Assembly: GCA_965222615.1 (NCBI GenBank)
Contig: CBDCUI010000009.1
Span: 224,001-288,000, forward strand
Source of the DNA: Gammaproteobacteria bacterium
GTDB lineage: Bacteria; Pseudomonadota; Gammaproteobacteria; UBA4575
DNA: 64,000 nucleotides
Direction of reading: 5' to 3'
The notes under the pieces are model-generated. The model saw only the letters and a list, made by a program, of their open reading frames with translations. It had not been told where the DNA came from and searched no databases. Shown here piece after piece: positions 49,692 through 60,273 of the stretch; the stretch's first letter is position 1, and the number at the start of each line of letters is the position of its first letter. The position numbers and the translations under genes were made by a program.

Positions 49692-49724
49692 AAGCCTCGA
49701 TAAGTATTTGTCGAGGCTTTTTTT
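49692..49724 (+). terminator. Rho-independent terminator
   Basis: AAGCCTCGA...TCGAGGCTT hairpin plus T-run. Confidence 0.75.
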
Positions 49725-49766
49725 ATATGCAGTATAATAATTTCAAATAAAATATTTTTAAGAAAA

Positions 49767-50435
49767 ATGATGAATAAAATTAAAGCCTATGTGTTTAATG
49801 CCTATGGGGCATTATTAGATACCTATCTACCTTTTGATGAATATCGTGAAGAATTGGGAGAAAATGCCTTAGTTATTTACAAGCTCTGGCGGTCCAAACG
49901 GCTACAGTATTCTTCTCAATTGAGCTTGATGGATAAATACACTAACTATGAAACGATTCGAAAATATGCCCTTGATTTTGCTTGCGAGGTATATGGTATT
50001 AATGACAAAAATATCAAGCAAAAGATCTTAGAAGCACATTCTGAGTTGGCCTGCTATCCAGATGTTAAAGAAGTACTTACTTCACTCAAAGAAAACAATA
50101 TGAAGATGGCGGTACTTTCAAATGGTTCTCCGCAAAAATTGAGTTCCGCTTTGAGACATGCCGGCATCAACGATCATTTAGATGGAGTTTATTCCACGGA
50201 ACAAGTGCGCACCTATAAACCCTCCCCTGCTGTATATGAATTTGTCGAAGAACAACTGGGTTTGCCACGCAGTAAAATTTGTTTTGTCTCTTCTAACTCC
50301 TGGGATATCGCAGGTGCAGTGTCCTATGGTTTTAATTCGGTTTGGATTAATCGATACGAGCGAACGCCTGAACACCTCCCTTATAAAGCTGACCATGAAA
50401 TTAAAGCATTGAACGAGCTTCTATCTTTAGGATAA
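49767..50435 (+). CDS. Haloacid dehalogenase type II-like HAD hydrolase (motif I Asp appears replaced by Asn)
   Basis: VFNAYGALLD, LSNGS, YKPSPAVY, FVSSNSWDIAGA. Confidence 0.8.
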   Translation: MMNKIKAYVFNAYGALLDTYLPFDEYREELGENALVIYKLWRSKRLQYSSQLSLMDKYTNYETIRKYALDFACEVYGINDKNIKQKILEAHSELACYPDVKEVLTSLKENNMKMAVLSNGSPQKLSSALRHAGINDHLDGVYSTEQVRTYKPSPAVYEFVEEQLGLPRSKICFVSSNSWDIAGAVSYGFNSVWINRYERTPEHLPYKADHEIKALNELLSLG

Positions 50436-50527
50436 ATATGCCAGCTATTCTTAGCTCTGATCATTGAGATCAGAGCTTTTCGGGTATATCTAATCCAGCT
50501 CGAAGTTAGTACGTCTTACTTGCTCAC

Positions 50528-51601
50528 TCAATATGTTAATTCACTATCAGTTTTTTGCTTGCGAAGAATTCCGATCGCACCAAAAATTGAGGCAAAGATG
50601 ATTGCAATGGCGCCCACCAAAAGTGCAAGCGCGAGTGTGAAGTCACTTAATTGATGTAATATCGAAGACCAATTACCTGGTAGAGGGTTGATCAACTTTA
50701 GGCTTGCTAGGTAATCAGGTATCACCAAAAGCCTGCTTACTAAAACAATTAACATGATGCTAGCCATCACTTTTTTTACAAAATTTTCGCTTACATAAGT
50801 GGTAGCTACCACACCCACTTGAACACCAAATAACGAACCAGCGAGGATTAACATAGAGAGCCGAATGTCTACATAGCCTTCCCATGCATACAACATACTA
50901 CCGCCTAACCCCATTATAAAAGCTACGACTAGCTCAGTTGCAGTGGCCATTAAGGCTGGAACACCAAGGACAAACATCATTGCAGGCACGCCTATGAAGC
51001 CCCCAACCGCAATAAAAGCTGCTAACAGTCCCGTTGCAAAACCTAACGGCGCAATGATTAAAACTGAAACTTTTGCCTGTATAGACCGAAGGTAAACCAT
51101 AGTACCAGGGATATGGATGGATTGAATCCACTTAGCTAATTTTTGCTTATTTGTTGTTTTTTCTTCAGTATTTGCATTTTCACTACTGCGCTTAGCGTCT
51201 CGAAGAATCATCCCGCCGATGATTGCAAGTGTGATTACAAAGATGATGGATACATAAAAGTCGGTGCCAATATCCCCATATTGAGCACGAATATGCGTCA
51301 TAATTTCCTTGCCTACATAGACGCCAATTTCTGCGAAGGCACCCATTATCAGACCAAGTTTAATATCTACTTGCCCAAGTTTGGCTCGCTTAATCGAAGC
51401 AACAAGCGCCTTTGGAAATTTATGTGCCATATTGCTGGCTACCGCAACAATACCTGGCGCACCTAAGGTCATCATGGCTGGGGTTAATACAAAGGCACCA
51501 CCCGAGCCAATAAATCCACTTACCAACCCACCAACAAACCCAATGAGCAAAAGTGTAAAGCCACTCGCAGCAGTAAGATCTATGAAATGTATGGCGTCCA
51601 T
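50528..51601 (-). CDS. TauE/SafE (TSUP) sulfite/sulfur-compound exporter
   Basis: GGLVSGFIGSGGAFVLTP and VGGFIGVPAM motifs; multiple TM segments. Confidence 0.85.
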   Translation of the reverse strand: MDAIHFIDLTAASGFTLLLIGFVGGLVSGFIGSGGAFVLTPAMMTLGAPGIVAVASNMAHKFPKALVASIKRAKLGQVDIKLGLIMGAFAEIGVYVGKEIMTHIRAQYGDIGTDFYVSIIFVITLAIIGGMILRDAKRSSENANTEEKTTNKQKLAKWIQSIHIPGTMVYLRSIQAKVSVLIIAPLGFATGLLAAFIAVGGFIGVPAMMFVLGVPALMATATELVVAFIMGLGGSMLYAWEGYVDIRLSMLILAGSLFGVQVGVVATTYVSENFVKKVMASIMLIVLVSRLLVIPDYLASLKLINPLPGNWSSILHQLSDFTLALALLVGAIAIIFASIFGAIGILRKQKTDSELTY

Positions 51602-51978
51602 GCCTGCTCCTTGCCTAAGTCATTTTTAGATTTTAATCCTAGTGACTGCCAAGTGTAGGTTGCGAAACCACCATGTACAAACGAGAATATCAGGGCAATT
51701 ATGATAGGAATTATGAAGTCTATCTTGACACCTTCGCGTGTTAACTGCGCAAAATGTAGAATTTCAGCTTGATATTTGAATAAGAGAAAATAAAGTGTTG
51801 CGCTGAGCAGCCCATAAAAAATCATTTTTATATTTTCAGGCTTTAATCGATCTTTCTCAGGGACACGTTCGTTACTGAATAACAATGCTAGCCCATAGTA
51901 TGGTGATGCAGATAAGCCGCGCAAAAACTGTGAATTGTCGGGCTTATTAGGCTGTCTTGTTGTATTGTTCGCTTCCAT
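51580..51978 (-). CDS. Small membrane protein upstream of the TSUP gene
   Basis: Two TM segments, FSFVHGGF motif. Confidence 0.6.
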   Translation of the reverse strand: MEANNTTRQPNKPDNSQFLRGLSASPYYGLALLFSNERVPEKDRLKPENIKMIFYGLLSATLYFLLFKYQAEILHFAQLTREGVKIDFIIPIIIALIFSFVHGGFATYTWQSLGLKSKNDLGKEQAWTPYIS

Positions 51979-52073
51979 AATACTTCTCCATGATTTTCAG
52001 TGATGTCACTGAAATTTATCTTGGGAAAATCCCAAAGGATAAAACTATTTACGGTCAGAAATGACCAGTTATC

Positions 52074-52463
52074 TTAGAGATAGGTACGCGGAGGAGCCCT
52101 TATTGTTAAAGGCGTATTTTGGAATAAATTGGCACTGTAACGCTCAATGCCATCTTGGCAAAGATACAAGCCATTATGATCAGCGATATGACCAACTATT
52201 AGTAAAAATTCAGGATCATCAGCATCAGTATCGCTATTTGCGTCAGCAAGACTGATAGTTTCAAGTATGGAATTGGACTCTAGGCCTACAAAAACAGCTG
52301 TTTGACTTGCTGCAATGCCTATCAGTAAAAGCAGTAGACTGGCTATTTTTGCAACTGATCGAACCATGGCATATCTTGAGTGATTGTTGGTAAAATCGTA
52401 CGCATGACTTTGATTCTTATCAAGATCCCATACTGGATAGCTTTTATCTAAAAGGACTACCAA
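52074..52463 (-). CDS. Hypothetical protein
   Basis: Signal-like hydrophobic stretch and C-terminal IRAPP; start uncertain. Confidence 0.35.
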   Translation of the reverse strand: MVVLLDKSYPVWDLDKNQSHAYDFTNNHSRYAMVRSVAKIASLLLLLIGIAASQTAVFVGLESNSILETISLADANSDTDADDPEFLLIVGHIADHNGLYLCQDGIERYSANLFQNTPLTIRAPPRTYL

Positions 52464-52882
52464 AACCTCATTTCAAGAGACATTTGTTAAGAAAGCTATT
52501 TTCAGATCAAAAATTATCTTCCTTTTATTGAACTGAGTAATTTAAACATTCAATGCTTTAATCGTTTTGAACCAAAATAAATTTGCTCATTACCAGGATC
52601 TTTAATTCTTTAAAATTAAAGAAAGCGCACTTTAACAAGGTCAAAATTTGCAACTTGTTGATATAAGCTTAAATCAACAAACGCCCCAGCATCACGGTGT
52701 CAAAAACCCTTAAATGCTCATATAAAACAAATTAATATATTGACAGACATCAAAATTTCGCAAGCAAATCAAGGAACTTACATGATAAAATAGCGTCTTA
52801 TTATTTCTAGTTTACGAATTAAGTTAGGATAATAATTAGTAAGTTAGCGCTACCAACTAATGCATATCAAAATGAGGGAATC

Positions 52883-53341
52883 ATGAAGATTTCAAGAAGA
52901 AGTTTTATTCAATACAGTTTTAGTACCGGTTTTTTGGCTGCCTTGGGAAAAGGAGTGTTTTCACGGGTTGCGTTGGCCGAGTGGCCGTCTGCCGCTTTTG
53001 ACGAAACAGAATTTGAACCTGCCTTGAAAGGGCTTATTGGTGATCAAGAATTGCTTGAGGGCCATGTAGTACTTGAAGCACCTGAAATTGCAGAGAATGG
53101 TGCTACTGTACCGGTAAAAGTTTCTAGCGACCTAGATAATGTGGAATGGATAAGCATAATGGGCGATAAAAACCCTCGCCCATGGATATCACGGTTTTAT
53201 TTTCATGGTAAGTCAAGACCCTATGTTTCTACCCGTATTAAGTTACGTGAAACTTCAAACGTAGTTGCCATTGTAAAAGCGGATGGCAAATTATATTCCA
53301 GTAAAAGTGCAGTAAAAGTAACTGCCGGTGGTTGTGTATAA
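52883..53341 (+). CDS. soxY: Sulfur carrier protein SoxY
   Basis: Tat signal SRRSF, APEIAENGATVPV, KNPRP, TRIKL, C-terminal VTAGGCV. Confidence 0.9.
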   Translation: MKISRRSFIQYSFSTGFLAALGKGVFSRVALAEWPSAAFDETEFEPALKGLIGDQELLEGHVVLEAPEIAENGATVPVKVSSDLDNVEWISIMGDKNPRPWISRFYFHGKSRPYVSTRIKLRETSNVVAIVKADGKLYSSKSAVKVTAGGCV

Positions 53342-53358
53342 GGATAAAGGAATTAGCG

Positions 53359-53673
53359 ATGGCAAAAGAAATGAAAGTAAGAGCAAAAATTAAAGATGGC
53401 GTAACCACTGTTAAGGCAATTATTTATCATGAAATGGAATCAGGAAGCCGTAAAGATAAAGAAACTGGCGAACTCATCCCCGCTCATTTTATAAAAGAAA
53501 TTCAAGCCGAATTAAATGGCGAAGTCATAATATCTGCAGAATGGGGAACTGGAATCTCCAAAAATCCATATTGGTCTTTTGAATTTGAAGGCGGATCGGC
53601 AGGTGATACGGTAAAAATCAGTTGGACCGATAATAAAAGTGAAACCGGCTCTGGTGAGGCCGTAATTAAATAG
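53359..53673 (+). CDS. soxZ: Sulfur carrier protein SoxZ
   Basis: HEMESGSRKD, IPAHFI, ISKNPY, WTDNK. Confidence 0.9.
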   Translation: MAKEMKVRAKIKDGVTTVKAIIYHEMESGSRKDKETGELIPAHFIKEIQAELNGEVIISAEWGTGISKNPYWSFEFEGGSAGDTVKISWTDNKSETGSGEAVIK

Positions 53674-53763
53674 CAATTCTTCTTATATTATAAGATTGAG
53701 CTAAAGCGTGGATATAATGAATTCGCCCTTTGCTCAATTCATTATGATTGAATTGAAAAGATT

Positions 53764-54207
53764 TTATTCCTGAATGGAATCGAGATATAAGATCAGTTCC
53801 ATAATTCTGCCGCGAACTATGGTCTCATCTACTTGACTACAGCCTTCCCAAATCGTTTCTGATAAGAATAAACCACCCCAAGCTGGCATAGCTCGTGTAC
53901 CGTGTTCCTTGACGGCTTCTCTGCCATCGATAATTGCATATACTCTTGATACTGGAAATTGCCCATTGTTCCTTTTTGTTATTTTTGTTAAATCCGGTGG
54001 GCTAATTTCTAAGTCAATAGAAGCGGCATCTTTTCCTTTTGCATCTTCACCGTGGCAAGTAGCACATTTTATTTTAAAGGTTTCTAAGCCATTATGAATT
54101 GGATCATCTTGATCAGACATCGCATAAGGCGGTACTAGTATAAGTAGTAGAAATAAAAAAATACGGGAAATACACAATTTTTGTTTTAATATCATGTAAA
54201 GTTGCAT
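53764..54207 (-). CDS. Monoheme cytochrome c
   Basis: CATCHG, PPDLT, HGTRAMPAWG. Confidence 0.8.
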   Translation of the reverse strand: MQLYMILKQKLCISRIFLFLLLILVPPYAMSDQDDPIHNGLETFKIKCATCHGEDAKGKDAASIDLEISPPDLTKITKRNNGQFPVSRVYAIIDGREAVKEHGTRAMPAWGGLFLSETIWEGCSQVDETIVRGRIMELILYLDSIQE

Positions 54208-54254
54208 CCTAGACTAACTAAAAATAATAATAATATGTTTTTGTCAATAAAATA

Positions 54255-55400
54255 CTAAGCAACTTGTTTTTTCCAAGGTATTAGTAGTTCTCCTAGTGCA
54301 GTAAACAATGCTGCAATAAACTTTTTTTCATCTAGCATGTGGTACTGAATTTTCATTGTTAACGCACTTCCAAAGATTATTGAAATCAACGCCAAAATTG
54401 AACCCATAGCAAGCGTAGACATTCCGGTAATCCCCTGCCCTACAGTACACCCAAATGAAAGCACACCACCGAAGCCCATCAGTATTGCACCAATCAAGTG
54501 GCTGATCATTTCCGATTTATTGCTAAATGTTTCAATTCTAAAACTCCCAGAAAGCACAGCATATAAAAATGAACCTACAATCATTCCTAATGCGACAGCA
54601 ATACCAAAGTTAATTTCAGCCCCAGTAAAAGTCATCAAGTAACTGATAGTATTTCCAGTAGGCCCAATAAATGCCATACCTTGGGGAGTTACTGGATCAA
54701 AATCATCTTGACCGATATATCCTGTTACATACCATGCAGCGATAATGCAACTTCCAATTACTGCACCTGCTAAAACGTTATCAAAGCTAGTTCTAAATTC
54801 TTTATGTTTGAATGCGTAGGCAATAAACCCAAATGCAATAATAAAGCCGCCAATTTTTCTTAGCCAACTGGCATCTTCCAAATCAAATAAAGCGCCAAGG
54901 TAACTAAATAGGCTTTGGTCATTTATACCGTAATTTGTTAAATCTGCATTTATGGCATAGACCCAATTTAAACGCACTAAGGCTAATAATCCCCGCATCG
55001 TCATATATGCGGTAATACCTAAAACCAGGACTACCACGAGTGCTTTTAAATTACCCCCCCCTAATCTCACTAAATTTCGTTGTCCACATCCCGCAGCAAG
55101 GGTCATACCGATACCAAATAACAATCCGCCTAGGATATAACTGAGTATGTATAGATTGGGAGATAGATAGACAGAAGCATTTAAATCAACTAGACCACGT
55201 AGAAACAAAAATTGTGCCCCTAGGATGGCAATACCAATTGCAAAGAACCATGCCCCTAAACGTCCCTTTGAACCCATATTTATTACATCACTGATTGCAC
55301 CCATAGAACAGTAATGAGTTTTATTACCAACGAATCCAAATACCATCGCAATGATAAATCCAAGAAGTGCAACAAGGTGAAGGTTAGATAGTTCTTCCAT
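54255..55400 (-). CDS. YeeE/YedE (SoxT-like) sulfur transporter
   Basis: YCSMGAISD, GMTLAAGCG, GGVLSFGCTVGQG. Confidence 0.88.
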   Translation of the reverse strand: MEELSNLHLVALLGFIIAMVFGFVGNKTHYCSMGAISDVINMGSKGRLGAWFFAIGIAILGAQFLFLRGLVDLNASVYLSPNLYILSYILGGLLFGIGMTLAAGCGQRNLVRLGGGNLKALVVVLVLGITAYMTMRGLLALVRLNWVYAINADLTNYGINDQSLFSYLGALFDLEDASWLRKIGGFIIAFGFIAYAFKHKEFRTSFDNVLAGAVIGSCIIAAWYVTGYIGQDDFDPVTPQGMAFIGPTGNTISYLMTFTGAEINFGIAVALGMIVGSFLYAVLSGSFRIETFSNKSEMISHLIGAILMGFGGVLSFGCTVGQGITGMSTLAMGSILALISIIFGSALTMKIQYHMLDEKKFIAALFTALGELLIPWKKQVA

Positions 55401-55579
55401 GTGTATCTATGATTGAGATTGCATAAAGGCGCGGATTATACCAACGCTTTAGTGCGTGTACATTGCAATAGATCAAATTGCACATTGTTTATACGATATT
55501 TGAAAGTTTTTAAGTTGTTAATAATTGTAAAACGAGAAGAAGAGCACACTCAGTTGAATATTCGGCTTCAGCAAAAGCT

Positions 55580-56233
55580 TCACTTAGTCTTCTTTTGCTG
55601 TTCATGGTACCACTTCTCATATTCCTTAGGATCCATGACATTTGGGATAGAATTGTTTGGCAATACCGGCAATGATGCATGTGGATTCATTCCCATCATA
55701 GGCATCATCATTTGCATTGGCATGGCCATCATTTGATGCATCATTTGCGTCATCGTCGTTGGGTTCATCATTTGCCCCATCGCGTGAGGGTCCATCATCG
55801 CTGCATAGGATCCCCACATTGATTGCATCATCGGTCCAAACTGCTTTTGATAGCGTGCAATATCTTCTTCTTCATGACATGAGGCACACATAGCAAAGGG
55901 TGATGCACTATGTGGGTTCATCATACTAGTCATCATTTGTATCCAGGTGTTGGGGTCCATAGATTTTCGCATCGAGTATGTCATGCCATGCATTGCGTTA
56001 TTTGCAAATGGTTCTGGCATGGAATAATCCGTTTTTTCTTTTTTTGATGTTGAAAAAGGATTAAAACCTAAGAAAGTAGACTTACTATCACTGCTGTTTG
56101 TAGAAGGATAAGACGCACTTACAGTATCCGCTCCATGTTTAGTATTTTTCGTTTTCCAATGTAATACAACCGGAGCAGCAATTATTGCAATGATAGGTAA
56201 TACAAATAGAGCTTGTTTCAGAAGTCTAGACAT
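55580..56233 (-). CDS. Met-rich exported protein with one CxxCH
   Basis: CASCH...DIARYQKQFGPMM; C-terminal MDPKEYEKWY. Confidence 0.7.
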   Translation of the reverse strand: MSRLLKQALFVLPIIAIIAAPVVLHWKTKNTKHGADTVSASYPSTNSSDSKSTFLGFNPFSTSKKEKTDYSMPEPFANNAMHGMTYSMRKSMDPNTWIQMMTSMMNPHSASPFAMCASCHEEEDIARYQKQFGPMMQSMWGSYAAMMDPHAMGQMMNPTTMTQMMHQMMAMPMQMMMPMMGMNPHASLPVLPNNSIPNVMDPKEYEKWYHEQQKKTK

Positions 56234-56359
56234 AATGATAAATTTAATTTAGTAAGTATCATGAATGTGTTCTTACACTAATTTGCCTTGAAAATTATCC
56301 TGAAGACCAGCTTACTAAAGTAATACTGGTCACTCAGAATAACTTATTAAATGTGTTGA

Positions 56360-57046
56360 CTATTGTTTAGGCTGAGTCTGTGGTGTGAAATTTTTCATCA
56401 TCTCAGTCCATTGACTAAACCACTGCTCATATTGTTTGGGATCCATCATCTGTCCACCTGGCATTTGCGCCATTGGATTACTTCCATGCATGCCGCCAGC
56501 CATGGGTCCCATCATAGGGCCCATCATGCCCATCATGGGATACATCATATTCATGTACATGGCTGGATTCATCATGCTCATCGGATTCATCATGGAACCC
56601 ATCATTGGTGCGCTCATACCCATCATAGGGCCCATCATGCCCATCATGGGTCCCATCATGTTCATGTACATGGCTGGATTCATCATATTCATGTAGGCAT
56701 TTGGATTCATCATTGAAGTCATCATATGTGGATTCATCATTCTCATCATGGGCTTCATGGCTTCCATCATAGGACCAAAGTCTTTTTGATAACGTGCCAC
56801 ATCTTCACCATCATGGCATTGTGCACAAGATTCCATGGACATCATTTTTTCAGGATTCATCATCATTGCCATCATGTTTGACCAAACCTGTGGGTCCATA
56901 GATTTTTGCATTGCAGGTGTCATGCTTTGCATACTTGGAACTGCAGTTTCACTTTTCTTTTCTTCAGCTTGAATGCTGACTGCACCTACAAAAAATATGC
57001 AAATGATTATCATCGACATACGTAAAGATTTAAAAAGAATTAACAT
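56360..57046 (-). CDS. Met-rich exported protein with one CxxCH (paralog of 55580-56233)
   Basis: CAQCH...DVARYQKDFGPMM; MMNP/MMGP repeats; MDPKQYEQWF. Confidence 0.7.
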   Translation of the reverse strand: MLILFKSLRMSMIIICIFFVGAVSIQAEEKKSETAVPSMQSMTPAMQKSMDPQVWSNMMAMMMNPEKMMSMESCAQCHDGEDVARYQKDFGPMMEAMKPMMRMMNPHMMTSMMNPNAYMNMMNPAMYMNMMGPMMGMMGPMMGMSAPMMGSMMNPMSMMNPAMYMNMMYPMMGMMGPMMGPMAGGMHGSNPMAQMPGGQMMDPKQYEQWFSQWTEMMKNFTPQTQPKQ

Positions 57047-57087
57047 AATTTATCTCCGCTACTTTATTTCAATATTTATTAACAAAC

Positions 57088-58488
57088 TTAAAAGTCACCC
57101 GTCGCTGCGCCTTCCATAATGTAGCGAAGATTCTCTCTTATTCTTACTGCATCTTCGCGTATTTCCTTAGGCAAGTGATTATTAGAGTTTTGAGCATAAT
57201 CCAACCAACTCACATCCCAATCCAAAGTCATGACCCAGAGCTTGCCATCTGCATCTTCAATTAAGGCAATTTTGCAAGGCAGGAAAACAATAAACTCTGG
57301 AACTTCATCTAGAATCTTACGTGCCACGGTTGCATCGCAAAAACGAAACATTTCCACTTTTGCTGAGGGCTGTTCTGTTTCAGCTTCTATTTGTTTCCAC
57401 AAAGGACTAGAGCCGACAAACTTAAAATTGACTTCATTGGCACGCAACTTCATGGCTTCTACCGCATCGTCCCAAGTCACATCCTCTGCCACAGGAATCT
57501 TATCGGCCATGATGCTGAGCATGTCACGCATGGATAATGGGCTCATGGCCATTGCCGTTTGGAATGCATTCTTTTTGGCCTCGCGCGAAACACCTTGAGA
57601 AACTTTGTTTTTAGGCCAGTTTTGATAGAGTTGAGTTGGAAATCCTGGAATCGTGGCAACGGGCAATTGATCCGGAACCTCGCCTTCTTTATAGCTGGTA
57701 TTTGGCTGGCCAAACATGCCAAACATAAGTTTCGGATCCATGGATCTCATCATGGCATCCATACTCTGTGGTTGGGTTAAACCCGTGATGGGGTAATTCA
57801 TCATGGTCATGGGATTCATATACATAGATGGATTCATCATGGTCCCCATCATCGCCATCATAGGTACCATCATGTTATACATGGGATTCATCCATGCACC
57901 ATGGGGATTATTTTGTACAGTAGGCATCCACATCATATTAGGGATTGCCAAATTTTGCTGGGTTGTAGTTTCTGGTTCAGAAGTGGCTGATGAATCAGAT
58001 TGAGCCGTATCACTTGGGTCTTGAGGCTGTTCGATATCTTGCGCAATTGATGAGTCAGGTTCTTCTTCATCAGTATTGGACTGAGCTGTTTCTGTCGCTT
58101 GCGTGACATCCGTTTCTTGTATTTGCTCATTACTAACTTCTGTGTCTAGTAGTTCTTCTGAGGTTTCTTCGCTTTGAGTAGTTGCTAGCACCTCTTTAAC
58201 CTCTTCTTCCGAGGAATCGATCAGGTCATCCTCTAAGGGAGCATCTTGTTCAGTAACTATATTTTGTTTTTCGTCAAAACTTTCCTCACCGAGTAGTCCA
58301 TCATCTTTTTTATTGATCGTCGCGTCATTTTCATCGACAACCATATCTGGAGTGCTTTCACTGGAACTAGTAAAAGACTCTAATTTTGAATAAACAACTT
58401 GATAGTTAGTTAGTAGTAACCAAAATCCAAGCCCAACAATAAAAAAAAGGAGGGTTTTTAATTTCATATTCTCAACACGCGATGGCAA
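57088..58488 (-). CDS. DUF302-domain protein with acidic and Met-rich linkers
   Basis: C-terminal FRFCDA...FLPCKIALIEDADGKLWV. Confidence 0.7.
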   Translation of the reverse strand: MPSRVENMKLKTLLFFIVGLGFWLLLTNYQVVYSKLESFTSSSESTPDMVVDENDATINKKDDGLLGEESFDEKQNIVTEQDAPLEDDLIDSSEEEVKEVLATTQSEETSEELLDTEVSNEQIQETDVTQATETAQSNTDEEEPDSSIAQDIEQPQDPSDTAQSDSSATSEPETTTQQNLAIPNMMWMPTVQNNPHGAWMNPMYNMMVPMMAMMGTMMNPSMYMNPMTMMNYPITGLTQPQSMDAMMRSMDPKLMFGMFGQPNTSYKEGEVPDQLPVATIPGFPTQLYQNWPKNKVSQGVSREAKKNAFQTAMAMSPLSMRDMLSIMADKIPVAEDVTWDDAVEAMKLRANEVNFKFVGSSPLWKQIEAETEQPSAKVEMFRFCDATVARKILDEVPEFIVFLPCKIALIEDADGKLWVMTLDWDVSWLDYAQNSNNHLPKEIREDAVRIRENLRYIMEGAATGDF

Positions 58489-58930
58489 TTTGTGTGTAGT
58501 ACAGGCCTTTATTATAATATTGACAATATATTATTATATTACTATGTACTAATTCAATTTATTTATTCACGGACTAAATTTATTTAACTTGTTTATCATC
58601 AATAGGTTATTTTATTATTTTAATGTTAATCATTATAAATGATAGATATATTTTTACAGAATACCATCTACTCTGAGTGATAAAATTGGTATATAAAGAT
58701 ACTGACTGAGACTATCCTTATGTAAATAAGTCTCAATAGGTTTGTGCCTTGTAATAAAGGATATTGGCTTCTTGTTTAACTTGGTTAAGGATAAAGCATA
58801 GTGACGACAATGGATGTTATTCAAAAACTTTATTTACACTCATAGTGAACCAACTGATATTAATCAAATGCTAGTTTGATAAGTTCGACTAAACTATACG
58901 GTTTACTCATTTTGCTCTGAATAGTATTTA

Positions 58931-59470
58931 ATGAAATTGATTTCAATCATATTACTTCTACTAATTGGAGCAGCCTTTACTTTTGGTTCTTCAGTAACTT
59001 TAAAAGCAACTAATTCAACAGAATTTTGTACATCCTGCCATTCTATGCAATGGGTAAAAGAAGAATGGATGGAGAGTGCCCATTATTCTAATATTTCTGG
59101 CGTGAGGGCAAATTGTTCGGATTGTCATGTACCACATCAAACCGGACCAAAACTGTATGCCAAGCTACGTGCCGCTAAAGATGTTTGGCACGAAATACTT
59201 GGCACGATAGATAATGATGAAAAATTTGAACATCATCGTTGGCAAATGGCAAATGCGGTGTGGGATCGAATGGAGGCTACAGATTCACGTGAATGCCAGT
59301 CTTGTCACACGATTGCGGCAATGGATTTGAAGGAACAGGATCGATCTGCACGTAAAAAACATAAAAAAGCAGAAACCCGCGGTAAGACCTGTATTGACTG
59401 TCATAAGGGAGTAGCTCATGAGGTTCCTGAAGAGCCTGATGAAGAAGAAATTGCGTTACAAGACCAGTAA
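58931..59470 (+). CDS. NapC/NirT-family tetraheme cytochrome c
   Basis: Four heme motifs: CTSCH, CSDCH, CQSCH, CIDCH. Confidence 0.9.
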   Translation: MKLISIILLLLIGAAFTFGSSVTLKATNSTEFCTSCHSMQWVKEEWMESAHYSNISGVRANCSDCHVPHQTGPKLYAKLRAAKDVWHEILGTIDNDEKFEHHRWQMANAVWDRMEATDSRECQSCHTIAAMDLKEQDRSARKKHKKAETRGKTCIDCHKGVAHEVPEEPDEEEIALQDQ

Positions 59471-59577
59471 GCGACATGATAATATTTAATTATAAGTATT
59501 TAATATCAGTAGCACAGAACTATAATAAAATTACTTCGCTCTGATAATAATAATTCCAATCATCACGGAGGAATACC

Positions 59578-60246
59578 ATGTTTTATCAACTCATCCGTCT
59601 AATCTTTCTATGTAGTGTATTTGGACTTTTTAGTTTAAACACTGCATGGGCTGGAGATACTGCGAGTCCTTCTATGCTCTCTGATACCTGTCTAGGCTGT
59701 CACGGGCCTGGCGGAGTCAGCGAAGGACCTGCCACTCCTACAATTTCTGGAATGTCTGAAATTTACATCATCGGTGCCATGTTGGCTTATAAATACGATA
59801 ACGATGAAGACAAAATTGATGAGATTATTGATGCCGATGCAGACTTCGAAGATGTAGAGTTTTTTGCAAGAACCTCTACGGTAATGAATCGTATCGCTAA
59901 GGGTTATTCTGAAGAAGAAATTAAAATACTCGCAGAGCATTTTGCGAATTTATCTTATGAACGAAAAGAACAAAGTATAGATACTGGCAAAGCCAAAACT
60001 GGTGCAAAACTCCACGAAAAACATTGTGAAAAATGCCATGAAGATGGTGGCAGTTCTGCTGAAGACGATGCCGGTGTACTGGCAGGACAGTGGATCCCCT
60101 ATCTTGAATACACCATGGCCGATTTCTCCAGTGGAGATAGGGAAATGCCTAAAAAAATGAAAAAACAAATGGAAAAAATGCATGAAGCACATGGCGATGC
60201 GGCAATAGCTGATTTAATTCAGTTTTACGCTGGCTATAAAGAATAA
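59578..60246 (+). CDS. fccA: Flavocytochrome c diheme subunit
   Basis: CLGCH and CEKCH, GPATPTISG, LAGQW; directly upstream of fccB. Confidence 0.85.
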   Translation: MFYQLIRLIFLCSVFGLFSLNTAWAGDTASPSMLSDTCLGCHGPGGVSEGPATPTISGMSEIYIIGAMLAYKYDNDEDKIDEIIDADADFEDVEFFARTSTVMNRIAKGYSEEEIKILAEHFANLSYERKEQSIDTGKAKTGAKLHEKHCEKCHEDGGSSAEDDAGVLAGQWIPYLEYTMADFSSGDREMPKKMKKQMEKMHEAHGDAAIADLIQFYAGYKE

Positions 60247-60273
60247 ATGCATCGGATATCAGGAGTTATAACA

